A stretch of 64,000 nt of DNA from an uncultured Chloroflexia bacterium (GTDB lineage Bacteria; Chloroflexota; Limnocylindria; Limnocylindrales; CSP1-4): NCBI GenBank assembly GCA_963716375.1, contig OY970306.1, positions 2,421,228 through 2,485,227 on the forward strand, in the 5' to 3' direction. Position 1 is the first letter of the stretch. Every line of letters begins with the position of its first letter. The notes under the pieces are model-generated. The model was not told where the DNA came from and ran no database searches. It saw only the letters and a list, made by a program, of their open reading frames with translations. The translations under genes were made by a program, and so were the position numbers. Below, piece by piece: positions 48,136-58,381 of this stretch.

Positions 48136-49926
48136 TCAGGCCGGTTGCACGCCCGACACCGGCCCCGGTGCCTCGACCGGACGCGGTCCGGTTCGCGGCA
48201 GCAGGAGCGAGAAGACGACCCCGAGGAGGACGAAGCCGGTCGCTACGAATCCTGCGGCCCGGGTCGCATCCACGAACGACTGTGATGCGGCGGCGACATA
48301 GGGCGCCAGAAGTTCCTTCGCCTGCGGCGCACCGAGGATCGCCACCACGGCCGGCGGCAGATCCACGTACTCGGCGACCGAGGCCGGGTCGTCGCGCAGC
48401 GGTCCGATCGCCTGCCCGGCCGACGCATCGAGCGCCGTCAGGACGAAGTCGCCGATCTGGGACGCAACGGCCGGCGGCACCCCGGTCGGCGGCGGGATCG
48501 TCTTGAATGCCGTCGCCGAGGTCGTGATCAGCACCGTGAACAGGACAGTCCCGAGGATCGCGATCCCAAGGGCGGAACCGACCTGGCGGAGGGTGGAATT
48601 CGCCCCGGAGGCAAGCCCCGATCGCTCGACGGGGACGTCAGACAGCACGATGCTCGTCAGCTGCGCCGTGGCAAAGCCCACCCCGATGCCGTAGATGAAC
48701 AACGGGATCGCCAGCTCGACGCCGGTCACGGTCGTCGAGATCAGTATCGAGGTGGCGAAGATCCCGATCGCCTCGAGCACCATCCCGGTCGTCACGACCC
48801 AGCGCGGCCCATAGCGCCGGGCGAACCTGGCGGCGAGCGGGGCGGAGACGAAGGCCCCGATCGCCAGAGCCAGGAAGATCAGGCCGGTCTGGAAGGCCGA
48901 GTAGCCGCGGACCGCCTGCAGGAACAGCGGCAGCGCGAACAGGAGCCCGAACTCGCCGAGCGAGACGATCGTGCCGGCGAGATTGCCGAACCGGAAGCCG
49001 CGATATCGCCACAGGCTGAAGTCGAAGAGGTAGAACTTGCCGGCCCGCCGCCGCCATGTCTCGACCACGGCGAACAGGACCAGGGCCAGCAGCCCGAGGC
49101 CGATGGCAAACGGGATCACGGAGACAGCCTCGACCGGCCAGGTCCAGCCGAGAATCGTGAACGGATGATCGGGATTCGGGGTCCACCAGCCGTATTGGCG
49201 GCCCTCGATCAACCCGAAGATGAACAGCCCGAGGCCGCTCGTGATCAGCAGGAAGCCGGGCAGGTCGAAGCCCACGCGAGCGTTCGATTCCTTCAATTCG
49301 CCGATGTAGCGGAGCGTGCCGGCGATGGCGATGAGACCGATCGGGACGTTGATGAAGAATGCCCAGCGCCACGAGAGATAGGTGGTCAGGAATCCGCCGA
49401 GCAGGGGCCCGACCGCGGCCATGCCACCGATCACCGAGCCCCAGATTCCGAACGCGATGGCCCGATCCCGGCCCTGGAAGTTCGCGTTGAGGATGGCCTG
49501 GGTCGAGGGCAGGATCATCGCCCCGCCGACGCCCTGGAGGACGCGGGCCAGGATGAGAATGTTGCCGTTCGGGGCCAGGCCCGCCAGCATCGACGCGGCG
49601 ATGAACACGAGGAGGCCGGTGAGATACATCCGGCGGCGGCCCGTCACGTCGCCCAGGCGGCCAAAGGTGATGAGGAGCGAGGCGAAGACCAGCGCGTAGA
49701 TCGTGTTGATCCACTCGGCCTGGGTCGAATCGAGATTGAGGTCCCGGATAATCGAGGGGACGGCGACGTTCACGATCGTCGCGTCCACGATGATCATTGC
49801 GACGCCCACGCTCAGGAGGGCGAGACCGATCCAGCGGCCCCGGCCGGCTGCCGACATTGACGCCCCGTCGGGCGGACCGCCTCGCGCTGCCACTGACCGT
49901 TCCTCCCGGAGCCTGAGGCCCAACAA
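48136..49926 (-). CDS. MFS transporter, DHA2 (14-TMS EmrB/QacA) drug-efflux family
   Basis: Motif A GRLGDVTGRRRM and 14 predicted TM segments. The likely start is MSAAGRGRW at about 49857. Confidence 0.85.
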   Translation of the reverse strand: MLGLRLREERSVAARGGPPDGASMSAAGRGRWIGLALLSVGVAMIIVDATIVNVAVPSIIRDLNLDSTQAEWINTIYALVFASLLITFGRLGDVTGRRRMYLTGLLVFIAASMLAGLAPNGNILILARVLQGVGGAMILPSTQAILNANFQGRDRAIAFGIWGSVIGGMAAVGPLLGGFLTTYLSWRWAFFINVPIGLIAIAGTLRYIGELKESNARVGFDLPGFLLITSGLGLFIFGLIEGRQYGWWTPNPDHPFTILGWTWPVEAVSVIPFAIGLGLLALVLFAVVETWRRRAGKFYLFDFSLWRYRGFRFGNLAGTIVSLGEFGLLFALPLFLQAVRGYSAFQTGLIFLALAIGAFVSAPLAARFARRYGPRWVVTTGMVLEAIGIFATSILISTTVTGVELAIPLFIYGIGVGFATAQLTSIVLSDVPVERSGLASGANSTLRQVGSALGIAILGTVLFTVLITTSATAFKTIPPPTGVPPAVASQIGDFVLTALDASAGQAIGPLRDDPASVAEYVDLPPAVVAILGAPQAKELLAPYVAAASQSFVDATRAAGFVATGFVLLGVVFSLLLPRTGPRPVEAPGPVSGVQPA

Positions 49927-49931
49927 CTTGA

Positions 49932-49952
49932 CTAACGAAACTGTTTCGTTAG
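49932..49952. promoter_or_regulatory. Perfect palindrome CTAACGAAAC-T-GTTTCGTTAG in the MarR/MFS divergent intergenic region (candidate MarR operator)
   Basis: A 10-bp inverted repeat lying between the divergently transcribed MFS and MarR genes. Confidence 0.55.
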
Positions 49953-50004
49953 GATACTACTTCGAGCGGGCGTTGGTGCAACAGGTGACCCTGGGGAGAC
50001 CGCC

Positions 50005-50559
50005 ATGGCAAGCGCGGAGACCGGCCAACCGGCGGGCGAGGAACTCGACGATGCACTGGCCGTCGGGCAGCTGCTGATGGAGCTCATCCACGTGGTCTAC
50101 ACGAGCCGTGAGCCCGGGGCCGTCCCGGGAACCGGCGCGACCGCCGCGGACGGCCCATCGCCCGCGGGCACCGATCCGGCCGATACACAGCCGTCGGTCT
50201 CGCCGCACGCCATCCGGGCGGCGATGTTCCTCTGGCAGCGCGGCCCGAGCACGATCGGCGAACTGGCCGATGGCCTGGCCATCTCGATGGGTTGGGCCAG
50301 CCGGGTCGTGTCCGAGCTCGAGTCGTCCGGGATGGTCGTCCGGTCGGCGGATCCAACGGATCGGCGGATCGTCCGCGTCTCACTCTCGCCGCAGGCTCGG
50401 ACGGTGGTGCAACATGCCCACCTGTGGCGCGCCCACGCCATCGACCGCGCTCTCGACGGGCTCGATGACGCAGGTCGAGCCACCGTCCGGATCTTCCTGG
50501 CACGAGCCGCCGAGGAGCTGCGCCGCGCCAGGCGAGACCGTCGCTCGGGTCCGGCCTGA
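50005..50559 (+). CDS. MarR family transcriptional regulator
   Basis: Winged HTH ...IGELADGLAISMGWASRVVSELESSGMVVRSADPTDRRIVRVSLS... Confidence 0.8.
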   Translation: MASAETGQPAGEELDDALAVGQLLMELIHVVYTSREPGAVPGTGATAADGPSPAGTDPADTQPSVSPHAIRAAMFLWQRGPSTIGELADGLAISMGWASRVVSELESSGMVVRSADPTDRRIVRVSLSPQARTVVQHAHLWRAHAIDRALDGLDDAGRATVRIFLARAAEELRRARRDRRSGPA

Positions 50560-50731
50560 CGATCTCGCCCCAGGGCAGGCCTGGGCCGGACAATCGTCGC
50601 GGCGGCATCAGTTCGCGAGGTTCGGCGACGAATGTCGATTCAGTGCAGTCTCCGTTCGACGCCATGAGTGACGGGCCCCTTCGAGCCGATGGCCGGCGGG
50701 CGGACCCGGGATAGCGCAGGGAGATTCGGCG

Positions 50732-51157
50732 ATGCGAGTCATGGTGATGGTCAAGGCCAGCCCGGAGACCGAGGCCGGCGTGCTGCCCGATCAGGCGATG
50801 CTCACGGAGATGGGCCAGTACAACGAGGAGCTCGTCAAGGCCGGCGTCATGCTCGCCGGGGAAGGGCTCCACGAGAGCGCCAAGGGGGTTCGGATCCGGT
50901 TCTCCGGCAGCCGCCGGACGGTCGTCGACGGGCCGTTCAGCGAGACGAAGGAGCTGGTCGCCGGGTTCTGGCTCTGGCAGGTCAAGTCGATGGCCGAGGC
51001 GATCGAGTGGGCCAGGCGCTGCCCGAATCCGACCGGCGTCGAATTGGAGCTGGAGATCCGCCAGGTCTTCGAGGCAGACGACTTCGGGGCGGAATACACC
51101 CCCGAGCTGCGGGCCCGGGAGGAGCGCCTGCGCGCCGAGGTGGCCGGCCGACAGTGA
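50732..51157 (+). CDS. YciI-like (YCII-related) domain protein
   Basis: A 141-aa protein (MRVMVMVKASPETEAG...) of the family that is typically encoded upstream of SigJ-type sigma factors. Confidence 0.75.
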   Translation: MRVMVMVKASPETEAGVLPDQAMLTEMGQYNEELVKAGVMLAGEGLHESAKGVRIRFSGSRRTVVDGPFSETKELVAGFWLWQVKSMAEAIEWARRCPNPTGVELELEIRQVFEADDFGAEYTPELRAREERLRAEVAGRQ

Positions 51158-52467
51158 CCACGGCTGACACCCACGAGGCGATCGAGGCAGTCTGGCGGAT
51201 CGAATCCGCCAGACTGATCGCCGGTCTGGCCCGGCTGGTCCGCGACATCGGCCTGGCCGAGGAGCTGGCCCAGGATGCGCTGGTGGCGGCGCTCGAGCAG
51301 TGGCCCGAATCCGGGATCCCGCGGAATCCGGGCGCCTGGCTGATGGCGACGGCGAAGCATCGGGCGATCGACCAGCTGCGTCGCAGGACGGTGCTCGAGC
51401 GGAAGCACGAGGAGATCGGGCGCGAGATCCGGGTCGGCGACCAGGTCGCGTTGGCCGCCGTCTCGGCCGGCATCGACGACGACGTCGACGACGACCTGCT
51501 GCGCCTGGTCTTCACGGCCTGCCATCCGGTGCTCTCGCGAGAGGCTCGGGTCGCGCTCACTCTCCGGGTCCTGGGCGGCCTGACGACGACCGAGATCGCC
51601 CGTGCCTTCCTCGTGCCGGAGGCGACGGTGGCGCAGCGGATCGTGCGCGCCAAGCGGACGCTCACGGCCTCCCGGGTCCCGTTCGAGGTGCCGCGCGGCG
51701 CCGATGTCGCGATCCGGCTCGCGGCCGTGCTCGAGGTCGTCTACCTGATCTTCAACGAGGGCTATTCGGCAACGGCCGGCGACGACTGGCTGCGGCCGGC
51801 GCTCTGCGAGGAGGCCCTGCGCCTCGGCCGGATCCTGGCGGAGCTCGCCCCCAGGGAGCCCGAGGTGCACGGGCTCGTGGCCCTGATGGAGATCCAGGCC
51901 TCGCGTTCGCATGCGCGAACCGGGCCCTCGGGCGAGCCGATCCTCCTCCTCGACCAGAATCGCGGCCGCTGGGACCAGCTGCTCATCCGGCGCGGGCTGG
52001 CAGCGCTCCAACGGGCCGAGGACCTGGGCGGGACGCTGGGGCCGTATGCACTCCAGGCGGCGATCGCGGCCTGCCACGCTCGGGCCCGCACCGCGGCCGA
52101 GACCGACTGGCCGCGGATCGCGGCGCTCTACGACGCGCTCGCCGAGCTTGTCCCCTCCCCCATCGTCGAGCTCAATCGGGCCGTGGCGGTCGGGATGGCA
52201 TTCGGACCCGAGGCCGGGCTGGAACTGGTGGATCGGCTCGTCGCGGCACCGCAGCTGGCCGGCTACCACCTCCTGCCGAGCGTCCGCGGCGACCTCCTGG
52301 CGAAGGTCGGCCGCAGCGACGAGGCGCAGGCCGAGTTCCTGCGGGCGGCCACGCTGACGCGCAACTCCCGCGAGCGGGCGCTCCTGCTCGAGCGGGCCGC
52401 CGGCATCGACCGTGGCGGGCGTGGTCAGCCGGGCCGGCGTCCGGATCGGGCACCGCGGGGACGCTAG
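51154..52467 (+). CDS. RNA polymerase sigma-70 family factor (ECF-like with long C-terminal TPR-like extension)
   Basis: A GTG start overlaps the YciI stop (GTGA). Region 2 is AQDALVAALEQW. Region 4 is LTTTEIARAFLVPEATVAQRIVRAKRTL. A C-terminal extension of about 250 aa follows. Confidence 0.8.
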   Translation: MTTADTHEAIEAVWRIESARLIAGLARLVRDIGLAEELAQDALVAALEQWPESGIPRNPGAWLMATAKHRAIDQLRRRTVLERKHEEIGREIRVGDQVALAAVSAGIDDDVDDDLLRLVFTACHPVLSREARVALTLRVLGGLTTTEIARAFLVPEATVAQRIVRAKRTLTASRVPFEVPRGADVAIRLAAVLEVVYLIFNEGYSATAGDDWLRPALCEEALRLGRILAELAPREPEVHGLVALMEIQASRSHARTGPSGEPILLLDQNRGRWDQLLIRRGLAALQRAEDLGGTLGPYALQAAIAACHARARTAAETDWPRIAALYDALAELVPSPIVELNRAVAVGMAFGPEAGLELVDRLVAAPQLAGYHLLPSVRGDLLAKVGRSDEAQAEFLRAATLTRNSRERALLLERAAGIDRGGRGQPGRRPDRAPRGR

Positions 52468-52537
52468 GATTCGAAGCTCCGCGGACGCCGCTGCCCGTCG
52501 GCCTTCGGCGGCCGGCGTCGCGCGTACGAGGTGAGGC

Positions 52538-53389
52538 ATGGCGGTCGAGCTCCTGTACCCGCGGCCGCCCCTGGCCAGCATCACCCAGTCGCAACGGGAC
52601 CAGTTCTACCGGGACGGCTACCTCCTGTTCCCGGGTGTGCTCTCGCCAGCCGACATCGGGCCGATCGTGGCCGCGGTCGATCGCATCTACGAGCGCGACG
52701 TGCTCGGCGGTCCGAATCCGGATCCCACGCGACGCTTGGACGCCCTCGGCGTGCTCCACGAGGACCAGGCCTTCATCGACCTGATCGACCACCCGTCGAT
52801 GTTCGGCGTGGTGCTGGACCTGCTCGGGCCGTACATCCAGTTCGGGCTGGCGACGGCGACCGTCCATCCACCGAACCCGGTCTTCAAGGGATTCCTCCAC
52901 GTGGACGGCGGCCCGCACCTGCAGCGGATCCGGGTCAGCGAGACGAGCTGGCCGCTGCAGGTCAAGGTCCTCTGGTTCCTGACCGACGTCTCGGCGACGG
53001 ACATGGGCAACATCGTGTTCGTACCGGGCAGCCACCTGCGGCCGTTCCCAGAGGAGGGCGGCCACGACGAATTCGGCGAACTGCCCGCGGCCACGACCCC
53101 GGGCACGACCCAGGTCCTGGCGAAGGCCGGCGATGCGCTGGTGTTCACCCACTCGCTCTGGCACGGCGGGGCTCGCAACTCCTCCACCGTGACGCGCAAG
53201 AACATCCAGTACGGCTACAACCAGATGTTCTTCCGGAACTTCGACTACGACCCGATCCCGCCCGAGGTGATCGCGGCATGTACCCCGCGCCAGCGCCGGC
53301 TCCTGGGCGATCTCGGCCCGGACGGCAAGCCGAGCCAGCACTTCTACCCGCCGCGAGACCATCTGAAGCTCATGTTCGGTACCGACTAG
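52538..53389 (+). CDS. Phytanoyl-CoA dioxygenase (PhyH) family Fe(II)/2-oxoglutarate oxygenase
   Basis: HxD...H facial triad (HVDGG ... SLWHGG) and the PhyH-type N-terminus ...QFYRDGYLLFPGVL. Confidence 0.8.
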   Translation: MAVELLYPRPPLASITQSQRDQFYRDGYLLFPGVLSPADIGPIVAAVDRIYERDVLGGPNPDPTRRLDALGVLHEDQAFIDLIDHPSMFGVVLDLLGPYIQFGLATATVHPPNPVFKGFLHVDGGPHLQRIRVSETSWPLQVKVLWFLTDVSATDMGNIVFVPGSHLRPFPEEGGHDEFGELPAATTPGTTQVLAKAGDALVFTHSLWHGGARNSSTVTRKNIQYGYNQMFFRNFDYDPIPPEVIAACTPRQRRLLGDLGPDGKPSQHFYPPRDHLKLMFGTD

Positions 53390-53425
53390 CGTCGAGCCGC
53401 CTCCCGAAGGACGGCCGGATCGGAC

Positions 53426-54914
53426 CTACGGCGCGATGTTGTGGTTCAACCGGAAGACGTTGTCGGGATCCCAGGCCCGCTTGAGCGCCGTGAGCCGGGT
53501 GAGCTTCGCATCGCCATAGATGGCCCGGCTCTCCTCCGGCCCTGACTCGGCGATCTCGTTGACGTAGCGGCCCGTCACGGCGTCCGGCTCGACGATCGCC
53601 ATCGCCCGGCGAATCCAGTCGCGATAGGCCTCGTCGAGGGCCGGGTCCTCCCAACCGGCGTCGGCGCTGATCTCGAATCGCGCGTCACGACCGGTGAACG
53701 CGGTGGCCTCGTCGGGCACCCGGGCGATGGCCCCGCCCTGCACCGTGACCGAGAACGAGCTCTCCGCGGGCGCCCGACTCGCGTGCTCGACCAGCGCGTC
53801 CAGGACGGCCGGGCGGAGATCGTTGGCGTACGCACCCTTGATGTACGACCGGTGGCCCGGGCCCATGGCCAGGTCGTTCGCGGTCTGGACCTCGAGGTAC
53901 GGTGCGTCGCGGTCCCAGCCCGAGACCGGCTCTGGCCCCGCTCGAAGCGGAGCGATGTCGCGTTCGACCGCCGCGGCATCGCCACTGTGGTTGTAGCCAA
54001 CGAGCACGATCGGCCCGCCCGCCACCGACTCGGGGTAGTCCGCCGCCGGTTCCGCGAGGCCGATCGCGAAGATCAGCGCAATCTCGTCCGCCGCAACGGC
54101 GGCGAAGTCCCGGATCATCGCCCAGACTTCGTGAACCTTGGCGGCGGGGTAGATGCGGAGCCCGCGGTGGAGCAGCGGACCGAACGGCCGGAGCTCGAAT
54201 TCGAACGCCGTCACGACCCCGAAGTTGGCACCGGCTCCCCGGATCCCCCAGAAGAGGTCGGGCTCGACCGAATTCGCTCGCCCGCACCGCTCGACCGTCC
54301 GCGGTCACGAGCTCGATCGCCCGGAGGTTGTCGATCGTCAGCCCGAAGTGCCGCTGGAGCCGGCCCATCCCGCCGCCGAGTGTCAGGCCGCCGATGCCGG
54401 TATGGCCGACGGTCCCGATCGGGCAGACGAGGCCGTGGGCCTGGGCGGCAGCATCGAGCTCGCCCATCAACGCACCGCCGTTGGCACGGGCGATGCGCCG
54501 GTCGGGGTCGACCGTCACCCCGCGAAGGTGCGAGAGATCGATGACGAGCCCGCCGTCGCAGGTCGAGTGCCCGGCGGCGCTGTGGCCGCCGCAGCGGACG
54601 GCGATCTCCAGGTCGCGTTCGCGTCCGAACCGGATCGCCGTCGCGACGTCGTCGACGCCGGTCGGACGAACCAGGATCGCGGGTCGCCGGTCGAACATGG
54701 AGTTCCAGACCCGGCGCGCCTCGTCATAGCCCCGGTCGTCCGGGGTGATGACCTCGCCGCTGAACGTCGCGCGGAGGCGAGCCACCTGTCGGAGCGTGAG
54801 CGGAGTCGGCAATCCTGTCATGACCTTTGCGAGAATACGGCCCTCGGCAAGGCGCGCGAGAGCATGCCGTCTAGGGTGTCGCGACGTGGTCCCGCCAGGT
54901 GTGCTCCGGTTCAT
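53426..54914 (-). CDS. FAD-linked oxidase (BBE/PCMH-type FAD_binding_4 + BBE C-terminal domain), reading frame interrupted near 54270-54290
   Basis: The N-terminal part (frame of 53685-54914) has ...[13 protein letters not shown]...[10 protein letters not shown]. The C-terminal part (frame of 53426-54214) has ...[28 protein letters not shown]...[16 protein letters not shown]. The two are joined by a 1-nt frame change at gcgagcgaattc. The likely start is MTGLPTP at about 54821. Confidence 0.7.
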
Positions 54915-55713
54915 AGCCCAGCATCCGGCGTGCCTTCTCGATCGACAGGAGCGTTTCCCGCCCCTCGAGCGGCCGCTGGAGCGGCACGCTCGGGTAGACC
55001 GCCCGCATCAGCTCGGCCGATGGCTGGGGCATGACCGTGTCGGCAGCCGCGACGATGAACGTCTCGGCGCCATCGACCCCCGATTGGAGGGCGAGCCGGA
55101 CCGAGAGCGCGACGTCGCGCACGTCGACGTAGCTCCAGAGGTTCCACTCTCGCAGGTGCACGTCCGCCCAGTAGGCCGGGAAGTCTGCGTACTCATCGGG
55201 CTCGCGGATCGCCGAGAACCGAAGGCCTAGGAACGGGATGCCCGTCCGGCGGGCGAATTGCGTGGCGATCACCTCCCCGACGAGCTTCGAAAGCGCGTAC
55301 GAGGTCTCCGGCCGAGGGACGATGGCCTCGGTGACGGGCGCTCGATCGGGCGGCCGGGCCGGACTCCATGGCTCGCCGAGGACGAGCTCGCTCGAGGCCC
55401 AGATGACACGTTGCAGCCGATGGAGCTCGGCCGCCGCAAAGACGTTGTACGTGGAGACCGCGTTGATCCGGAAGGTCTCGGCCGACGGCAGCAGGCGCGG
55501 ACCCGAGATCGCGGCGAGATGGACCACTGCCCTCGTGCCGCTCAGCACGTCGCAGGCCTGCCCGAAGTCGGTCAGATCCGCGGTCACCGATCGGCCCTGC
55601 GATCCGCCGTCAGAGGCGAGGTCGACGTTGAGGACGTCGTGGCCATGGGCCCGCAGGTCGGCCACCACCGCCCGACCCGCCTTGCCACTCCCGCCGGTCA
55701 CCGCGATTCGCAT
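54871..55713 (-). CDS. NAD-dependent epimerase/dehydratase family (SDR) protein
   Basis: [16 protein letters not shown] with a Rossmann fold and the YxxxK motif ...[10 protein letters not shown]... Confidence 0.8.
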   Translation of the reverse strand: MRIAVTGGSGKAGRAVVADLRAHGHDVLNVDLASDGGSQGRSVTADLTDFGQACDVLSGTRAVVHLAAISGPRLLPSAETFRINAVSTYNVFAAAELHRLQRVIWASSELVLGEPWSPARPPDRAPVTEAIVPRPETSYALSKLVGEVIATQFARRTGIPFLGLRFSAIREPDEYADFPAYWADVHLREWNLWSYVDVRDVALSVRLALQSGVDGAETFIVAAADTVMPQPSAELMRAVYPSVPLQRPLEGRETLLSIEKARRMLGYEPEHTWRDHVATP

Positions 55714-55960
55714 CTCTGCCTTCAGCCTACGCGATCGGTGGAAGGCCGATCCAGCAGTTCTATCGGGCGCACGACCATCTCAAGTTGATCCTCGGGACCG
55801 GCTGAGGCGGACCGCAACCCCGGCCCCCGCCCGAAGGGTCCCCGCAAGAGATTGAGTCGCCGAGCGCCGCGGGATGCCCATACCTTGTGGGTGCGCCAGA
55901 ACCGTCTGGCGGCCCAACCGTCAATTCTTTCCACGATGACGGTCACGCCCTGAACCCCTG

Positions 55961-56611
55961 GTGAATCGCGCTCCTCCGGGCGACCCACGCGACGTTGCGC
56001 TCCCGTACCCTTCGGTTGTGACAGATCCTCTCGCTCTGCCCGACACGCCGGTCCGAACGCTGTTCGAGCGGATTGCCGGCCCGGCCGCAGCCGCGTCGCC
56101 CGATCTGGCGGCGATCGGCGCCGCCCTCGTCGACCTGGCGAGTGACGTTGCGTACCTGGCGCCCTGGGTCGCCCGGCTCGGCGACCAGAGCGGCGCGCTG
56201 GCGATTCACGCGCCGGAGCGCGGGCCTCGACTGATCCTCGTCCATCGGCGTGAGGGACAGATGGGTGCGATCCACGACCACGGCACCTGGGTCGCCATCA
56301 GCCCGATCGTCGGTCTCGAGACGCATCGCCGGTATCGAATCGTCGGAGAGGGCGCGGAGGCCCGCCCCGAGGTCGCCGAGGCGCGCGCCCTGGGGCCATC
56401 GGACCTCGCCACGCTCCTTCCGCCCGAGGATCTCCACGATCACGGTCACCTTGCCGAACACGGCGCCCCCGCCTACGTCCTGATCCTGACCGGCGACGAT
56501 CAGACACGATTCAGGCGCACGGAATGGGACCTTGCGACCGGCCGGCACCGGATCCTCGAACGAGGCGACGTCGGCCGATTCCTGGCCAGCCAGCCCATGC
56601 CGGACGCCTGA
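55961..56611 (+). CDS. Cupin-fold protein (cysteine-dioxygenase-type-I-like His triad); start uncertain
   Basis: ...GAIHDHGTWVAI... and a downstream His resemble the CDO/cupin metal-binding site. Confidence 0.4.
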   Translation: MNRAPPGDPRDVALPYPSVVTDPLALPDTPVRTLFERIAGPAAAASPDLAAIGAALVDLASDVAYLAPWVARLGDQSGALAIHAPERGPRLILVHRREGQMGAIHDHGTWVAISPIVGLETHRRYRIVGEGAEARPEVAEARALGPSDLATLLPPEDLHDHGHLAEHGAPAYVLILTGDDQTRFRRTEWDLATGRHRILERGDVGRFLASQPMPDA

Positions 56612-56640
56612 CGCGCGTGGACGTTGATCCAGTCATCGAG

Positions 56641-57813
56641 ATGCTCGGTCGTCCGCTTCGCCTGGCGGTGATCGGTGGCGGCCCCGGCAGCTTCATCGGG
56701 GCGATGCACCGAACGGCCGCTCGACTCGACGGCCGCTACGAGCTGGTCGCAGGGGTGGTCTCGTCCGATCCCGAGCGATCCCAGAGAGCGGCGGCCGCAA
56801 TGGGCATCGATCCCTCTCGCGCCTATGTCCATGCGAGCGCGATGCTCGGGGCCGAGAGCGAACGCGAGGATGGTGCTGAGGTCGTCGCCGTCATGTCGCC
56901 GAACGACAGCCATCATCGGTACGCCACGGCGGCCCTGGATCGCGGATTCGATGTCATCTGCGACAAGCCCATGACGAACACCCTCGCAGAGGCCCTGGAC
57001 ATCGTGCGGATGGTTGAGGCCACCGGGCTGGTCTTCTGCCTCACGCACAACTACACCGGGTACCCGATGGTGCGCCAGGCCCGCGCGCTGGTTGAGGATG
57101 GGCAGGTCGGTGAGATCAGGCTGGTCCAGGTCGAATACGTCCAGGGAGGCAAAGCCGACGAGTCCGACCCGGACCCAGACCACGGGTTGCCCTGGCGCTA
57201 CGACCCGGTGCGCGGTGGACCATCACTGGTGATGGGCGACATCGGAACGCATGCCCATAACCTGGTCCGATTCGTGAGTCGTCTCGAGGTTGCGGAAGTC
57301 GCCGCCGAGATCGGGCACGTGATCCCGAAACGACCTGTCGACGACTACGGCGCCGCCATGTTGCGCTTCGACAATGGGGCGCGCGGGACCTTCTGGGTCA
57401 CGCAGACCGCGGCCGGGGTGGAGAACGATCTCCGGATCCGCGTGTCCGGCACCAAGGGCAGCCTGGAGTGGCGCCAGGAACGGCCGACGCGGCTCACCTT
57501 GAAGCCGCTCGAGGGACCTGTCCGCGTCTACACGCCGAACGGGCCCGGGACTCTGCCGGCCTCAGCCCGTGCCTGCCGGATCGCCGCCGGGCACCCGGAA
57601 GGGTTTCACGAAGCCTTCGCCAACATCTACTCGGACGCTGCCGAGGCGATCGCCGCCCGGCGCTCGGGCCGTGCGGCCGATCCGCTGGCCCTCCAGTTCC
57701 CGAACGAACGCGACGGCGCCATCGGCGTGAAGTTCGTCGAGGCCGCTGTTGCCTCGAGCCACGCCAACGGGACCTGGACTGACGCCAGACTTCCGCTCGA
57801 GGAGAAGACGTGA
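56641..57813 (+). CDS. Gfo/Idh/MocA family NAD(P)-dependent oxidoreductase
   Basis: LRLAVIGGGPGSFIGAMH with a Rossmann N-terminal domain and an alpha/beta C-terminal domain. The start MLGRP was chosen; an alternative GTG is at 56617. Confidence 0.85.
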   Translation: MLGRPLRLAVIGGGPGSFIGAMHRTAARLDGRYELVAGVVSSDPERSQRAAAAMGIDPSRAYVHASAMLGAESEREDGAEVVAVMSPNDSHHRYATAALDRGFDVICDKPMTNTLAEALDIVRMVEATGLVFCLTHNYTGYPMVRQARALVEDGQVGEIRLVQVEYVQGGKADESDPDPDHGLPWRYDPVRGGPSLVMGDIGTHAHNLVRFVSRLEVAEVAAEIGHVIPKRPVDDYGAAMLRFDNGARGTFWVTQTAAGVENDLRIRVSGTKGSLEWRQERPTRLTLKPLEGPVRVYTPNGPGTLPASARACRIAAGHPEGFHEAFANIYSDAAEAIAARRSGRAADPLALQFPNERDGAIGVKFVEAAVASSHANGTWTDARLPLEEKT

Positions 57814-58230
57814 TGCCTGACCGCAGGGAGATCGGATCGCTGGAGGCTCGGGGCCTGATCGCGATGATCGCGGACCGGCTCGATGCCCAGGGCCAGGGTG
57901 CCGCCGTGGCCGTCGTCGACCCGCACGGCGAACTCGTCGCGTTTCTCCGCACCGACGGATGTGGCCTGGCGTCGATCAATATCGCGATCCACAAGGCGTT
58001 CACGGCGGCTCGCGAACGGTGTCGAGTCCAGCGTCCTCGGAGAGCGCTCCCGAACGGAGGGCTTCCCCATCACCAATTTCGGGGACCCGCGGTACGTGGG
58101 CTGGGGCGGCGGGGTCCCGATCATCGTTGCCGGCGTGGTGATCGGAGCAGTCGGGGTGAGTGGCCTGCCGGAAGCCGCCGATGTCGAACTGGCCCGATGG
58201 GCCGCGGAGAGCTTCGCGGCCGCCGGCTGA
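57810..58230 (+). CDS. GlcG/HbpS-like (DUF336) heme-binding family protein, reading frame interrupted near 58015
   Basis: The N-terminal part ...AVAVVDPHGELVAFLRTDGCGLASINIAIHKAFTAA is in the frame of 57810. The C-terminal part ...GFPITNFGDPRYVGWGGGVPIIVAGVVIGAVGVSGLPEAADVELARWAAESF is in the frame of 57883-58230. The junction is at gctcgcgaacgg. Confidence 0.6.
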
Positions 58231-58381
58231 ATAGAGCGAGAGGGGCGACCCCGCGATCACCCGCAGCCGACGCCGGCTGGTATCCGTAACCGGGTCATTC
58301 ATGACGCACGGCACTTGTCACTGGCCCACCACGGGTCCACGCTGACGTTGCGTCTTTCGCCTCTTCGAAACGGAGGCGTCG

